Of a stretch of 64,000 nucleotides of DNA, positions 20,358-30,600 are shown in pieces. The DNA is taken from assembly GCA_965218095.1 (NCBI GenBank), contig OZ244587.1, positions 768,001 to 832,000 on the forward strand, given 5' to 3'. The position numbers and the translations under genes were made by a program. Each line of letters starts with the position of its first letter. Position 1 is the stretch's first letter. A model generated the notes under the pieces. It saw only the letters and a program-made list of their open reading frames with translations. It searched no databases and had not been told where the DNA came from. This DNA comes from Candidatus Poribacteria bacterium (GTDB lineage Bacteria > Poribacteria > WGA-4E > PCPOR2b).

Positions 20358-20756
20358 CTACGTATCAAAGTGGTAAACTATTTGGTCGAATTGGTCGCAC
20401 GCGAAGGAGAACACGAAGACCAGCGGCTCGGTGCCGATACAGCGGATAGCATGTTTGGCGTTGGACGGGATGTAGACTGCTGAGCCCGGTCCAATTTCCG
20501 CTTCGTGACCGTCGATCTCAATGTGACCGTTGCCACTGACGACGTAATATGTTTCCTCGGGCTCGTGGTGGTGAAGGGGGAGCTGTGTGCCGGGTGGGAA
20601 CTCCGCTACGCCCATAACAAGCCCGCTGCTCGGTCCTCTTTCTCCGGTGATTAGAAGCTTCCAGCGAATTGCACTCTGGGCAGCAATGGCCGGGTCATCC
20701 CAACCTTCCCAGGCGAGTTCTGCTTGATCGATGATGATGGGTTTCTGCACGCTCAT
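20358..20756 (-). CDS. Cupin protein resembling DddK/DddW DMSP lyases
   Basis: 'RWKLLI', 'SSGL..GVAE', HHHEPEETY, 'YIPSNAKHA', C-terminal 'F..D.F..I.Y.F'. Confidence 0.7.
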   Translation of the reverse strand: MSVQKPIIIDQAELAWEGWDDPAIAAQSAIRWKLLITGERGPSSGLVMGVAEFPPGTQLPLHHHEPEETYYVVSGNGHIEIDGHEAEIGPGSAVYIPSNAKHAIRCIGTEPLVFVFSFACDQFDQIVYHFDT

Positions 20757-20804
20757 AACTTGCTTCCTCCTCCTACATTGAGTAGACTTCTCACTTCACA
20801 GATT

Positions 20805-21671
20805 TTAACCATCCAAAGCCGCTGCGCCACTCACAATCTCAGAAATCTCCGTCGTAATCTGGGTCTGGCGGGCGCGGTTACGCTGAAGAATTAAATCGTC
20901 AATGAGTTCGTTAGCGTTACGTGTTGCATTTTCCATCGCCACCATCCGCGCCGCTTGCTCTGCGGCATTGGAGTCCAACAAAACCTTCCACACCTGCATA
21001 TTCAGGTGTTTCGCCAATACGGACTGAAAAATTGCCTCTTGTGCTGGCTCATATAAATAGTCAAGGAAAAGTTCATCGCCGGTTGGTACTTCAGGGGTGA
21101 GTGGCAGCAATTGCTCGACCAAAACCGTTTGTAGAATTGCGGATTTGAAATTGTTGTAAATCACTTCCACCTTGTCGACCTGCTTGTCCCGATACAGATG
21201 CTCAAACTCCTCCACAATGTCGACAGCGGTCTCAAATGCAAGTTGCCGAAAAATGTTCACATACTCAGCGATGACGTTATAATCGCGCCGTGCGAAATGG
21301 TCTCGGGTGCGTCTGCCAACACAAATGACCATGACCTCCGCCCCCTGCGCTTGATAGTGTTGTGCCCGCTGTATTGTTGTTCGGATCACGTTGCTGTTAA
21401 AACTACCACATAGCCCACGGTCTGCGGAAACGGAGATTAGGCAAACGCGCTTAAGTTCACGCGATTCCAGCAACGGATGGGAGGGATTTTCGATCTGCGC
21501 AATGAGGTGTCCTAAAATAGCATTGAACTTTTCAGCGAAAGGGCGAGTCGCCAGAATATCTTCTTGGGCACGGCGCAACCTTGCTGCCGCAACAACGCGC
21601 ATTGCATCCGTTACTTGCGCGATATTCTCAATGCTTGCGATACGACGCCTGATTTCACGTAGCGTTGCCAT
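20805..21671 (-). CDS. atpG: ATP synthase F1 gamma subunit
   Basis: MATLREIRRRI, DRGLCGSFN, EQAARMVAMENAT, NRARQTQITTEISEIVSGA. Confidence 0.97.
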   Translation of the reverse strand: MATLREIRRRIASIENIAQVTDAMRVVAAARLRRAQEDILATRPFAEKFNAILGHLIAQIENPSHPLLESRELKRVCLISVSADRGLCGSFNSNVIRTTIQRAQHYQAQGAEVMVICVGRRTRDHFARRDYNVIAEYVNIFRQLAFETAVDIVEEFEHLYRDKQVDKVEVIYNNFKSAILQTVLVEQLLPLTPEVPTGDELFLDYLYEPAQEAIFQSVLAKHLNMQVWKVLLDSNAAEQAARMVAMENATRNANELIDDLILQRNRARQTQITTEISEIVSGAAALDG

Positions 21672-21679
21672 GGTAAACC

Positions 21680-23203
21680 TCATTCACGTTTGAATTGTTC
21701 CTTGAAACTTTTTACTGCTGCATGCAAACTGTCAATAAGTTCGTCGCTCAGAATACCGGTTTCAGCGATTTCTGTTAGAATATTTGCGTGGTTTCTCTCC
21801 ATATACGAGAGGAACTCGGATTCAAATCGTGCAATCTCAGTTGTCTCGATATCATCCAGATACCCATTGGCACCGCAGAAGATCGACGCAACCTCTTTTT
21901 CAACTGGCATGGGTTCATACTGTGACTGTTTCAGCAGTTCAACTAGGCACTCTCCACGCCGAAGTTGAGCCTGGGTTGCGGCATCGAGATCGGATCCAAA
22001 CTGCGCAAACGCAGCAACTTCACGAAAACTGGCTAAGTCAAGTTTCAACGTCCCCGCAACTTCATCTGCCTTCATGGCTTTAGTTTGTGCATCGCCGCCA
22101 ACACGGGACACCGATGTGCCAACATCAATTGCCGGTCGAATACCTGCATTGAAAAGATCCGTCGTCAGGTAAATTTGTCCATCAGTGATAGAGATCACGT
22201 TTGTTGGGATGTAGGTCGTGAGGTCGCCTTCAAAAATCTCAATAATCGGTAAAGCGGTCAGCGATCCGCCACCTAATTCATCACTGAGTTTTGCGGCACG
22301 TTCCAACAAGCGGGAGTGGAGATAGAAAACATCCCCCGGGTACGCCTCACGTCCCGGTGGCCGCCGTGAAAGGAGAGACATCTGACGATATGCCCACGCA
22401 TGCTTGGTGAGGTCATCATAAATAACTAGGGCGTGCCGGCCGCTATCCCGGAAGAATTCTCCCATTGAGGTGCCCGTGTAAGGCGCAAGATACTGAAGCG
22501 GGGAAGCCTCGCTCGCCAGTGCAGAGACAACAATCGTATACTCCATTGCCCCGTACTGTTGTAATGTATCCACAATCTGGGCGACCGTTGAACCTTTTTG
22601 TCCAACTGCGACGTAAATGCAAAACACATTGGTGTTTTTCTGGTTAATGATAGTGTCAATCGGGATAGCTGTTTTGCCCGTTTGACGGTCGCCGATGATT
22701 AACTCACGTTGTCCGCGCCCGATTGGCATCATGCTGTCAATCGCCTTCAAGCCGGTATAAAGCGGTTCGTTCACTGGCTGGCGTTGAACGATGCCCAATC
22801 CTTTTCGCTCAACGGGAAGCGTCTCCTGGGTTTTGATTTCTCCTTTGCCGTCGATGGGCTGACCAAGGGCGTTGACAACGCGCCCAAGCAATGCCTCTCC
22901 AACAGGAACTTCGAGCAGTCTGTTGGTCCGCTTAGCAAGGTCTCCTTCATGAATCAACTTATCTTCGCCGAAAAGCACACAACCAACGTTATCTTCTTCG
23001 AGGTTGAAAGCCATACCGGAAACCTCGTTGGGAAATTCAATCATTTCACTCGCCATGACGTTGGCAAGTCCATGCACACGGGCAATACCGTCGCCAACAT
23101 CCAAAACTGTCCCAGAATCGTATACGTCAACCTGCTGGCTATATTGTAATAGTTGTTGTTTTAGAATGTTTGAGACTTCATCGGGTCTAACTTCTCTTGC
23201 CAT
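21680..23203 (-). CDS. atpA: ATP synthase F1 alpha subunit
   Basis: [41 protein letters not shown]. Confidence 0.98.
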   Translation of the reverse strand: MAREVRPDEVSNILKQQLLQYSQQVDVYDSGTVLDVGDGIARVHGLANVMASEMIEFPNEVSGMAFNLEEDNVGCVLFGEDKLIHEGDLAKRTNRLLEVPVGEALLGRVVNALGQPIDGKGEIKTQETLPVERKGLGIVQRQPVNEPLYTGLKAIDSMMPIGRGQRELIIGDRQTGKTAIPIDTIINQKNTNVFCIYVAVGQKGSTVAQIVDTLQQYGAMEYTIVVSALASEASPLQYLAPYTGTSMGEFFRDSGRHALVIYDDLTKHAWAYRQMSLLSRRPPGREAYPGDVFYLHSRLLERAAKLSDELGGGSLTALPIIEIFEGDLTTYIPTNVISITDGQIYLTTDLFNAGIRPAIDVGTSVSRVGGDAQTKAMKADEVAGTLKLDLASFREVAAFAQFGSDLDAATQAQLRRGECLVELLKQSQYEPMPVEKEVASIFCGANGYLDDIETTEIARFESEFLSYMERNHANILTEIAETGILSDELIDSLHAAVKSFKEQFKRE

Positions 23204-23238
23204 GATTTGTTATCCTTGCTATTTATTCGTTATTATGA

Positions 23239-23778
23239 CTATCCTCTCGCGAGCAATGCTCTCATCCGCTGAAGTTGTGCTGCGACGCTTCCATCGAAGA
23301 TGGTATCCCCTAATCGCACAATGAGCCCACCTTGAATTGCAGCATCTTCGCTCAATTCAAGTCTCACTTCCGCCCCCGAATAGTCGCTCAGTTGCTGGGT
23401 AAGGTCCACTTGCTGCGGTTCGTTTAGCGGCACCACTGATATGACCTGCGCAACGACGCGCCCTGCTTTCCGATCGACAATCTCCAAAAATGCTTTTAAG
23501 ATTGCGACCAAAAATCTCTCACGTTGTTTCGATGCTAGCAGAAGCAGGAAATTGAGCATAAGGGGTTCAACGGTTTCGGATAGGAGTTGCTGAAACATCT
23601 CACCCTTGAACTGCGGCGACAGAATTGGGTTGGTCAGGAACTGATCGAAATCTTCTGATTCTTGCGTCAGATTAATAACTTGATTGGCATCTGCAACGAT
23701 GCGCTCTAAAGCATCCTGCTCTGTCGCTGCATCATACAATGCTTGTGCGTAGGGTTTGGCAATGCGAATTTCTCTCAT
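23239..23778 (-). CDS. atpH: ATP synthase delta subunit
   Basis: IAKPYAQAL ... IQGGLIVRLGDTIFDGSV; operon position. Confidence 0.95.
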   Translation of the reverse strand: MREIRIAKPYAQALYDAATEQDALERIVADANQVINLTQESEDFDQFLTNPILSPQFKGEMFQQLLSETVEPLMLNFLLLLASKQRERFLVAILKAFLEIVDRKAGRVVAQVISVVPLNEPQQVDLTQQLSDYSGAEVRLELSEDAAIQGGLIVRLGDTIFDGSVAAQLQRMRALLARG

Positions 23779-23812
23779 TGGGTATACTCTTCAAACGGGA
23801 TACGTGAAAATA

Positions 23813-24403
23813 TTAAGCATTCTGCGTGGGAAGGCGGCTGATCGACTCGTCAATAATGTGCTGGTGTTTCTCGGCGTCGAGTGCCTGATCGATGATTTTG
23901 CTTGCGGCATCAATTGCAATTTCGGCGACAGTACCTCGGAGTTCGAGGATAGCTTCCTCTTTTTCGCGCTGAATCTCAGCACGCGCCCTTTCAAGTTCGG
24001 CCCCTGCCTCCTGACGTGCTCCATCCAGAATACACTGCCTTTCGACATTCCCCTCATCGATCGCGGCTTGGATTTTCGCCTGTCCCTCAGTTTCAATCTC
24101 GTTCAGCCGTTGACGGGTTTCAGCATTCAAACGATCTAGTTCACGCTGGTCTGCCTCTAGCTTCTCCATTCGTGAAGTGATTTCCTTTTGCCGTTCTTCT
24201 AAGAGTCCACCAACACGACCGAAGACGAATTTCCAAAGAACCAACAGAACAACAAGAAAGCCAAGAGCTTGAAGGATAACTGTCTGCGGATGGATGCCAA
24301 TCGCGCCTAATAGTCCGCCACCACCTTCAGCAGCGAACGCACAGGGCAAAGCCATCAAAGTATTTATACAGATCGCTAAGATTAAATTCCGATATCTTTT
24401 CAT
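23813..24403 (-). CDS. atpF: ATP synthase Fo b subunit with N-terminal leader
   Basis: TM helix followed by a long coiled coil ('LEERQKEI', 'AIDAASKII'); between atpE and atpH. Confidence 0.93.
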   Translation of the reverse strand: MKRYRNLILAICINTLMALPCAFAAEGGGGLLGAIGIHPQTVILQALGFLVVLLVLWKFVFGRVGGLLEERQKEITSRMEKLEADQRELDRLNAETRQRLNEIETEGQAKIQAAIDEGNVERQCILDGARQEAGAELERARAEIQREKEEAILELRGTVAEIAIDAASKIIDQALDAEKHQHIIDESISRLPTQNA

Positions 24404-24427
24404 AATGATTCGTAGGGTAGTCTATGC

Positions 24428-24470
24428 TGAAACATACCGCGCGACCGCCATGATCGCGCGGTACATTTCA
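24428..24470 (-). other. Stable hairpin between atpE and atpF
   Basis: taccgcgcga / tcgcgcggta 10-bp stem with tgaaa/tttca flanks. Confidence 0.55.
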
Positions 24471-24487
24471 TGCGCTATTTTTTGCTT

Positions 24488-24805
24488 CTATTCGCCGTGT
24501 TGCTCTTCGGTTGCCGCCGCTTGCATAATCTTTTCAAGCGGGCTGACCTTTTCGCCTTCAGCCGGCGTTACGTCCGGGAGTTTCCCCATCAGCAGGAAAA
24601 AGATCAGCAGTGAGTAGATCACAAGCGACTCAATGAGTGCCAAACCGATGATCATCGCTGTCTGAATGCGAGGCGCTGCTTCAGGTTGACGCGCAATACC
24701 TTCGAGGGCGGTGCTCGTCGCCTTTCCTTGTGCAGTCGATGCAGCAATAACCGCAATCGGTAGACCGAGGGCCACCCCAAAAGCTAAAACCGCGAGATAA
24801 ATCAT
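24488..24805 (-). CDS. atpE: ATP synthase Fo c subunit with C-terminal extension
   Basis: GIARQPEA loop, IGLALIES carboxylate helix. Confidence 0.97.
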   Translation of the reverse strand: MIYLAVLAFGVALGLPIAVIAASTAQGKATSTALEGIARQPEAAPRIQTAMIIGLALIESLVIYSLLIFFLLMGKLPDVTPAEGEKVSPLEKIMQAAATEEQHGE

Positions 24806-24889
24806 GAAAGTTCCTCCTTTAATTTTAAGCCAAAACAGAGATTAAAAAACCGAAAACAATATAAACGAGCGACAATAGTCGCTCATTAA

Positions 24890-25732
24890 TCAATGATGTG
24901 CCTCCGCACCATGCCCCTCATCATGATGCGCTAAAAATGTAACGATGTAGATCGAGGTCAACATTGAGAAAACAAGTGCCTGTAGAAAGCCACCAAATAG
25001 CCCAAAAAACAGCATTGGCACCTGAATCGGCATCCATGGGAGGACCCCAGCGATCGCTGGAATTGCAAGCCCCAACAGTGTTAGGTTAATAATAACGGAT
25101 TCCTCACCGAAGATATTTCCGAAAAGTCGAATTGCCAGAGAGCCTGCGCGTGCGATTTCGCCAATAATGTGTAGCGGAAACATCAAAGGTCCCAACCACC
25201 ACGGATCGCCGATAAAGTGTTGCAGATAGCCAACCAGCCCATTCTCTTTAATCGCAATGATATGAACGCCAATCAACGCGCTAATTCCGAGCGCAAGCGT
25301 CGTGTTCAGATCTGCAGTCGGAGATTGAAAACCGGGTATGAGGCCAAGATAATTCAAAAATAGGATAAAGATGAAGTAAGATCCGACGAACGGAACATAT
25401 TTTTTCCCATGTTCGCCCAAGATTTCGCCGAAGAAATCGATTAATCCGCCAACGAACAACTCCAGAAGGGTTTGCCCTTTGCCTTGGGGGAGCCGCTTAA
25501 TTTTTCGCGTCGCAAGGATGAAAAGCAGGGCGATAATCAACACCACGAAGTAAGCGTTGGGGATGAGATCTGGCTGATGCCAGCGCTCTGGCTCTGGAAC
25601 CAGCTCATTTGGGAGAATTTTTGAGATTGGGCTTAACCACGAGCGATGTGCTTCTTCAGCCGCAAAACCGAGATTACAGGCGAGCAAAGAAAAAAGGGAA
25701 ATCGACAATAGTGTGTAAAATGTTTTTTTCAT
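24890..25732 (-). CDS. atpB: ATP synthase Fo a subunit
   Basis: SPTADLNTT, SLAIRLFGNIFGEE, LQALVFSMLT..Y. Confidence 0.97.
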   Translation of the reverse strand: MKKTFYTLLSISLFSLLACNLGFAAEEAHRSWLSPISKILPNELVPEPERWHQPDLIPNAYFVVLIIALLFILATRKIKRLPQGKGQTLLELFVGGLIDFFGEILGEHGKKYVPFVGSYFIFILFLNYLGLIPGFQSPTADLNTTLALGISALIGVHIIAIKENGLVGYLQHFIGDPWWLGPLMFPLHIIGEIARAGSLAIRLFGNIFGEESVIINLTLLGLAIPAIAGVLPWMPIQVPMLFFGLFGGFLQALVFSMLTSIYIVTFLAHHDEGHGAEAHH

Positions 25733-25905
25733 TGGTTGTAATCGTAAAAAAACTCATATTGTGAAAATAGAATTCACGAAATATAGCACCTGAGAATCTG
25801 ATTATGTAGGAGTTTGTGCGAATTTCTGAAAGATGTGAATTTAACAATACATTATCTTCGATTTCACATCGTCGCATTTTTTAATGGTTACGAAAGTAAT
25901 AACAA

Positions 25906-26830
25906 TCATAGTGAAAATAATATCTCACGTAAGTTCTTTTCTAACTTAGCGAGTTCCTCTAAATACGATGATACTGTTTTCCATTCATTTTTCATTCCAG
26001 CAACTTGACACTGACTAAAGATTTCTGATTGTTTTTCTTTTATATTAGCTAATTTCTTGTTATGTTTGGAAAAAAAGAAAGCATAGTCTAATGCTCTTCT
26101 TGCCCCTAATGGGAAACAAAATTTCAATAGATGGCCACTCAAATTTTTTGGACCATTCTTCACAAATGAAGCACAGGCTCTTATAGCCTCTTCATCAATT
26201 TTTATATTATCAGGATGATTCTTGCTCTTTATCATAGAGACTCTTGAACAATTTCAAAGCATTGTTGTAAATTTGATCTTGTGAATAATTTCTTATTCTT
26301 TTCGGCTGTGTCCAATAATGATAATATCCTTTCCTATAGCTAATATTATCTGCCCTCCAGATTTGCTCAAATTCTTTGTGCGGGATTGCTAAAGAAGGGT
26401 ATTTTTGTGGGTCATGAATCCAAACTTCTTCAACCGTTATTTTGTAAACCAATACAAAGTGGTCTGATCCAATTTCATCACTAATTCCCCATGTTGTAAG
26501 ATAGTTTATATCAATTGGACCAACTACAACTAGCGATTTCTTTAAATGTTGTTTAACTTCATTTAGAGGGGGATTCTTTGGGCTTTCTTGTACATATTCC
26601 TTAAAATTAAAACCTAATTGGTTTAAGGAGTTATTTATTCCTTTGTCAGGAGAGGTTACAAAATTACTAAAGAAGATTAATTTTATTTTATCATCCCAAA
26701 ATGCTCCCAATCCAACTCCAGAAAGAACTTCAGTTAGGGCTGGAGAAATATCTTCTTCTTCATATTTCAACATCATAGAAACAGCATTTGCGTAACAATA
26801 AGCTCCATTTCCAATATATTCCGGTAACAT
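25906..26830 (-). pseudogene. AT-rich BtrH/C39-like cysteine peptidase-fold gene, frameshifted near 26220
   Basis: 'YIGNGAYCYAN', 'DHFVLVY', 'IHDP'; two overlapping ORFs (26210-26830, 25906-26235); visibly far more AT-rich than its flanks. Confidence 0.65.
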
Positions 26831-26896
26831 ATATCTGACTATGATTTTCTTCTTTTAAAATTATGAGATTTTTAACTATTACTTGGTTATGATTCA

Positions 26897-27313
26897 TTAA
26901 TTTTTTGTTGTATCGTTTTTGAACAGGATTCCCATCATGAGTCCGACCGCTTTAAGAATTATGACAACTTGCACCAATCCAACTCCCGCTGCAAGGGTGT
27001 AAACATTCAACCAATTTGCTTTCGTCAGGAGATAAAAACCGACAAAGATGATTGTGTATTTTCCTAACGCAATGAACCCCAACCAACGTTTTGTCCGTGG
27101 TGAACCGCTGGGTTTAACCATGCAACGGATGATAAATTCCAATGACAAGATTGCGCTCAAGCTCAAAAGACTACCGATAGCAAAACTCAAACCGGCTGGC
27201 AGACCGTACACCGCCCAAAGGATTGGCATTGCAATGAGCGCAAGAATGGTCGTTAGACGATAGACCTGTCGTAAAAATTGGTCATCCACTTCAAAGGGGG
27301 CGCGGGCAATCAC
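26897..27313 (-). CDS. atpI: ATP synthase protein I
   Basis: Four TM helices, 'SFAIGSLLS', upstream of atpB. Confidence 0.75.
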   Translation of the reverse strand: MIARAPFEVDDQFLRQVYRLTTILALIAMPILWAVYGLPAGLSFAIGSLLSLSAILSLEFIIRCMVKPSGSPRTKRWLGFIALGKYTIIFVGFYLLTKANWLNVYTLAAGVGLVQVVIILKAVGLMMGILFKNDTTKN

Positions 27314-27314
27314 T

Positions 27315-27593
27315 TTACGACTCCTCCTCCGAATCTTTTACAGCTACTCGATCCGCTTGCTCCTGGCGTTCCATGCGTTTATTCCACCGGGAAACGGCGC
27401 GAAACATCTCCATAAATCCTGCCGCCGTTCCGACAATAAAGCCAATAATTAAGCCGGTCGTTTGGTTGCCCAATTTGCCGCCAATCCACCAGCCCAATCC
27501 GGATCCAATACCAATCGCAAGCGCAAGCGTGATGCCGATCGAAGCCAAGTCAAGATTATTCCATTCATCGCTGCCCCGTCTAAACTTAGCCAT
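27315..27593 (-). CDS. AtpZ/AtpI-family small membrane protein (ATPase gene 1)
   Basis: 'IGITLALAIGIGSGLGWWI...GFIVGTAAGF' two-TM pattern heading the atp genes. Confidence 0.8.
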   Translation of the reverse strand: MAKFRRGSDEWNNLDLASIGITLALAIGIGSGLGWWIGGKLGNQTTGLIIGFIVGTAAGFMEMFRAVSRWNKRMERQEQADRVAVKDSEEES

Positions 27594-27624
27594 TGTCGAT
27601 TCACCTGGAACATTGTTGATGTAC

Positions 27625-29055
27625 CTATAAGAACGTGCTAATTTGGGCTGGATTCAAGAAGTATGATGGTAAAATGCCGATCAGGAATACACCAATCGCA
27701 GCAATCAATAACGCAATGACGAGCGTCCGCGGATAAGCAAGGAAGTCGAGTTCTTCTTCCGGTTCTCTCATGTACATTGTCACCACAACACGGAGATAGT
27801 AGAATGCAGAGATTGCGGTATTAATCGCGCCGATAATCACAAGCCAGATTTGCCCAGATTGGATTGCGGATCGGAAAATGTAGAATTTTCCGACGAAACC
27901 GGCAGTCGGTGGAAATCCGGCGAGGGATAGGAGCATAATCGTCATGAATAAGGCGAGAAAGGGTTTCTTAAAACCGAGCCCGGCGTAACCCGAGATCGTC
28001 AGGCTTTCGCCATCTTCTGTTCTTGCAAGAATGACGGATCCAAATGCCCCAATGTTCATAACACAATAGATAAACAGATAGAGCATTGCACTAGAAACAC
28101 CGTCCTTGTTTGCTGCCGCCAAGCCGACCAGCACATATCCGGCATGGGCAATACTTGAATAAGCAAGCATACGCTTGATATTTTGCTGGGCAATGGCAAC
28201 CAGATTTCCAACAGTCATCGTGAGCGCAGCAAGGATTGTGACGGCAACAATCCATTCGGATTGGAGGTCTTGTAAAGCTACCATAAAGATTCGCAGGAAA
28301 GCAGCAAACCCCGCCGCTTTCGGACCGGCAGAGATGAAAGCGGCGATCGAAGTTGGTGCGCCTTCGTAGACATCAGGTGCCCACTGATGGAACGGCACAA
28401 GCGCAACCTTGAAGCCAAATCCCACGATAAGCAGGAACATACCAGCTAAGAGTAACGGCGACTTTACATCTGCGGTTAAAGCGTCGGCAATTTGAGGAAT
28501 ACTCGTTGTGCCGGCACCGCCATAGATCAACGCAATGCCGTACAGGAAAAATCCGCTCGCGAATGCCCCAAGCAGCAGATACTTCATTCCGGCTTCGCTT
28601 GACACCATGCTTCCCCGAAAGTAACTAGCTAGGACATAAAGCGATAACGACATCAGTTCTAAGCCAAGGAAAACGATAATCAATTCATTGCCCGATGCCA
28701 TTAACATCATACCCAGTGTTGCCAAAAGGATTAGTAGATAATACTCTCCCTGCCGCTTATCGTTGCGTCCCAAATAACTTATTGAAATCAGAACAACCAG
28801 AATCGTTGAGACCAAGAATATGACATTGAAAAAGAGGGAATATTCATCCACCTGAATCATATTGTTGAATTCTGTCCCAACTGCGCCGACCCTCAGCATC
28901 TGAACAGAGATGTATAATGCGGTTGCAGAGCCAGCAATTGTCAACCAAGCAAGAAAGGTCTTTTGAAATGAGTCGAACAGATCAAAGACAAGCACAAACA
29001 GAAATGTGCAAACAATGAGGAGTTCCGGCATCAACAGTTGCCAGTCAATTGTCAT
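27625..29055 (-). CDS. nuoN: NADH-quinone oxidoreductase subunit N
   Basis: EAGMKYLLLGAFAS, GFKVALVPFHQWAPDVYEGAP, IKRMLAYSSIAHAGY. Confidence 0.97.
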   Translation of the reverse strand: MTIDWQLLMPELLIVCTFLFVLVFDLFDSFQKTFLAWLTIAGSATALYISVQMLRVGAVGTEFNNMIQVDEYSLFFNVIFLVSTILVVLISISYLGRNDKRQGEYYLLILLATLGMMLMASGNELIIVFLGLELMSLSLYVLASYFRGSMVSSEAGMKYLLLGAFASGFFLYGIALIYGGAGTTSIPQIADALTADVKSPLLLAGMFLLIVGFGFKVALVPFHQWAPDVYEGAPTSIAAFISAGPKAAGFAAFLRIFMVALQDLQSEWIVAVTILAALTMTVGNLVAIAQQNIKRMLAYSSIAHAGYVLVGLAAANKDGVSSAMLYLFIYCVMNIGAFGSVILARTEDGESLTISGYAGLGFKKPFLALFMTIMLLSLAGFPPTAGFVGKFYIFRSAIQSGQIWLVIIGAINTAISAFYYLRVVVTMYMREPEEELDFLAYPRTLVIALLIAAIGVFLIGILPSYFLNPAQISTFL

Positions 29056-29091
29056 TGAATCCCTCCCGTTTTGATGAATCTCCGCCCGCGC

Positions 29092-30600
29092 TTAGCGGAG
29101 AAATACAAATGTCACGACCACAAAGAGCGGCACCAATATCACGACCGACCAGAGCATATATCCGAAGAAACTCGGCATCCGAATTCCACTTGCCTCAGCA
29201 ATTCCTCTCACGAGGAAATTGGGTGCGTTCCCGATGTAGGTGTTCGCGCCCATGAACACCGCACCGACGGAGATGGCGGTTAGGAGTTTGATGAATTCAG
29301 GCTTCACCACCTCGCCGATAAGCACTTGGTGAGCCATCGCTTCGGTCAGATGAAGTTGTCCAAGTGCTGTATTGAAGAAGGTCAGATACGTCGGGGCGTT
29401 ATCAAGGAAACTCGATAGCAAACCCGTTATCCAGAAATAGTGCCACGGCTCTTTCACCGCCAGAATTAATCCGCTTAATTCGCCCTGCTCACCCGCTTTC
29501 AGAATCGCAAGTGCCGGAATAATTGTCATGAAAATTCCAGCGAACAGCTTGGCGACTTCGGCGATCGGTTCCCACCCAAAGTGATTCTCGCGCCGAAGTG
29601 TACCTGCAAAGGGCGCGAACTTCAATGACAGCAAACCCATTGCGACGATAAGCAGGTCGCGCAAGATGTTTTGCCATGCCACATGGACGCCGAGTATATT
29701 AATCTCTCCTAGCTTGAAGGTTCCACTCATCAACACCGCGCCAACAATTCCGGCAAGGAAAATCAGGTTGAACAGCCCACCAACACGAATCGGTTCTTTC
29801 TCTCCATCATCAGGGACCTGTCCACCTTCACGTTTGAATAGAACGGTGTCCAGAATAAAGAACAGGATGAGCAGCAGGATGCAGATGAACAACATGTGTG
29901 GGAGAAGTGCGGTTGTTGTCCAGAAGAACGGCACACCGTGCAGAAAACCCAAAAACAGAGGTGGGTCGCCCAATGGCGTCAAAGAGCCTCCGATGTTGCT
30001 AACCAAAAAGATAAAGAAGATGATCAGGTGTGTCTTATTTTTGCGATAGGCGTTGGCACGAATCAGGGGGCGAATCAGCAGTATTGATGCTCCCGTTGTC
30101 CCAATCCACGAAGCGATTACCGTCCCAATCAGTAGCAAAATGAGGTTGACAACCGGTGTGCCACGGAGCGTGCCGCGCACGACAATCCCACCTGCGACCG
30201 TGAATAATCCCCAAAGTAGAATAATAAATGGGATATAGTCAATCAGATAGATATGCAGAATGTCATAAAACGCCGGTCCGTGAAAAACTGCGAGGTATGG
30301 TATGGCGAAACTCAATGCCCATGCCAATAAGATTTTGCCGTAATTGTGATGCCAGAAATGCGGTGCCACGAGTTGCCAAATCGCGATCGATAGCAGAATG
30401 CCAACAAATGGAATCATACTCCATAGCGGTAGGCTTGCCCCGTCAACACCGTGATGTTCAGCATGTGTATCGTGTGTGCTGCTTTCATGTGTCGCGTTGT
30501 GTTCTTCCGCCGCCGAGAAGGCGCACGGTGACAAGAAGATGAATAATGCCACACTGAGAATCGTAAAGCGGCGGAGTGAAGGCTTACTCGTCAATTTCAC
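29092..30600 (-). CDS. Putative sodium:proton antiporter (ion-transporter superfamily) with His-rich N-terminus; start approximate
   Basis: SNIGGSLTPLGDPPLFLGF, LSSFLDNAPTYL, MGANTYIGNAPNF, MPSFFGY. Confidence 0.85.
   Translation of the reverse strand: MKLTSKPSLRRFTILSVALFIFLSPCAFSAAEEHNATHESSTHDTHAEHHGVDGASLPLWSMIPFVGILLSIAIWQLVAPHFWHHNYGKILLAWALSFAIPYLAVFHGPAFYDILHIYLIDYIPFIILLWGLFTVAGGIVVRGTLRGTPVVNLILLLIGTVIASWIGTTGASILLIRPLIRANAYRKNKTHLIIFFIFLVSNIGGSLTPLGDPPLFLGFLHGVPFFWTTTALLPHMLFICILLLILFFILDTVLFKREGGQVPDDGEKEPIRVGGLFNLIFLAGIVGAVLMSGTFKLGEINILGVHVAWQNILRDLLIVAMGLLSLKFAPFAGTLRRENHFGWEPIAEVAKLFAGIFMTIIPALAILKAGEQGELSGLILAVKEPWHYFWITGLLSSFLDNAPTYLTFFNTALGQLHLTEAMAHQVLIGEVVKPEFIKLLTAISVGAVFMGANTYIGNAPNFLVRGIAEASGIRMPSFFGYMLWSVVILVPLFVVVTFVFLR

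Noticed and set aside
23791-24096. Possible second b subunit (b')
   Set aside because: Alternate frame of atpF, lacking a TM helix and coiled-coil character.
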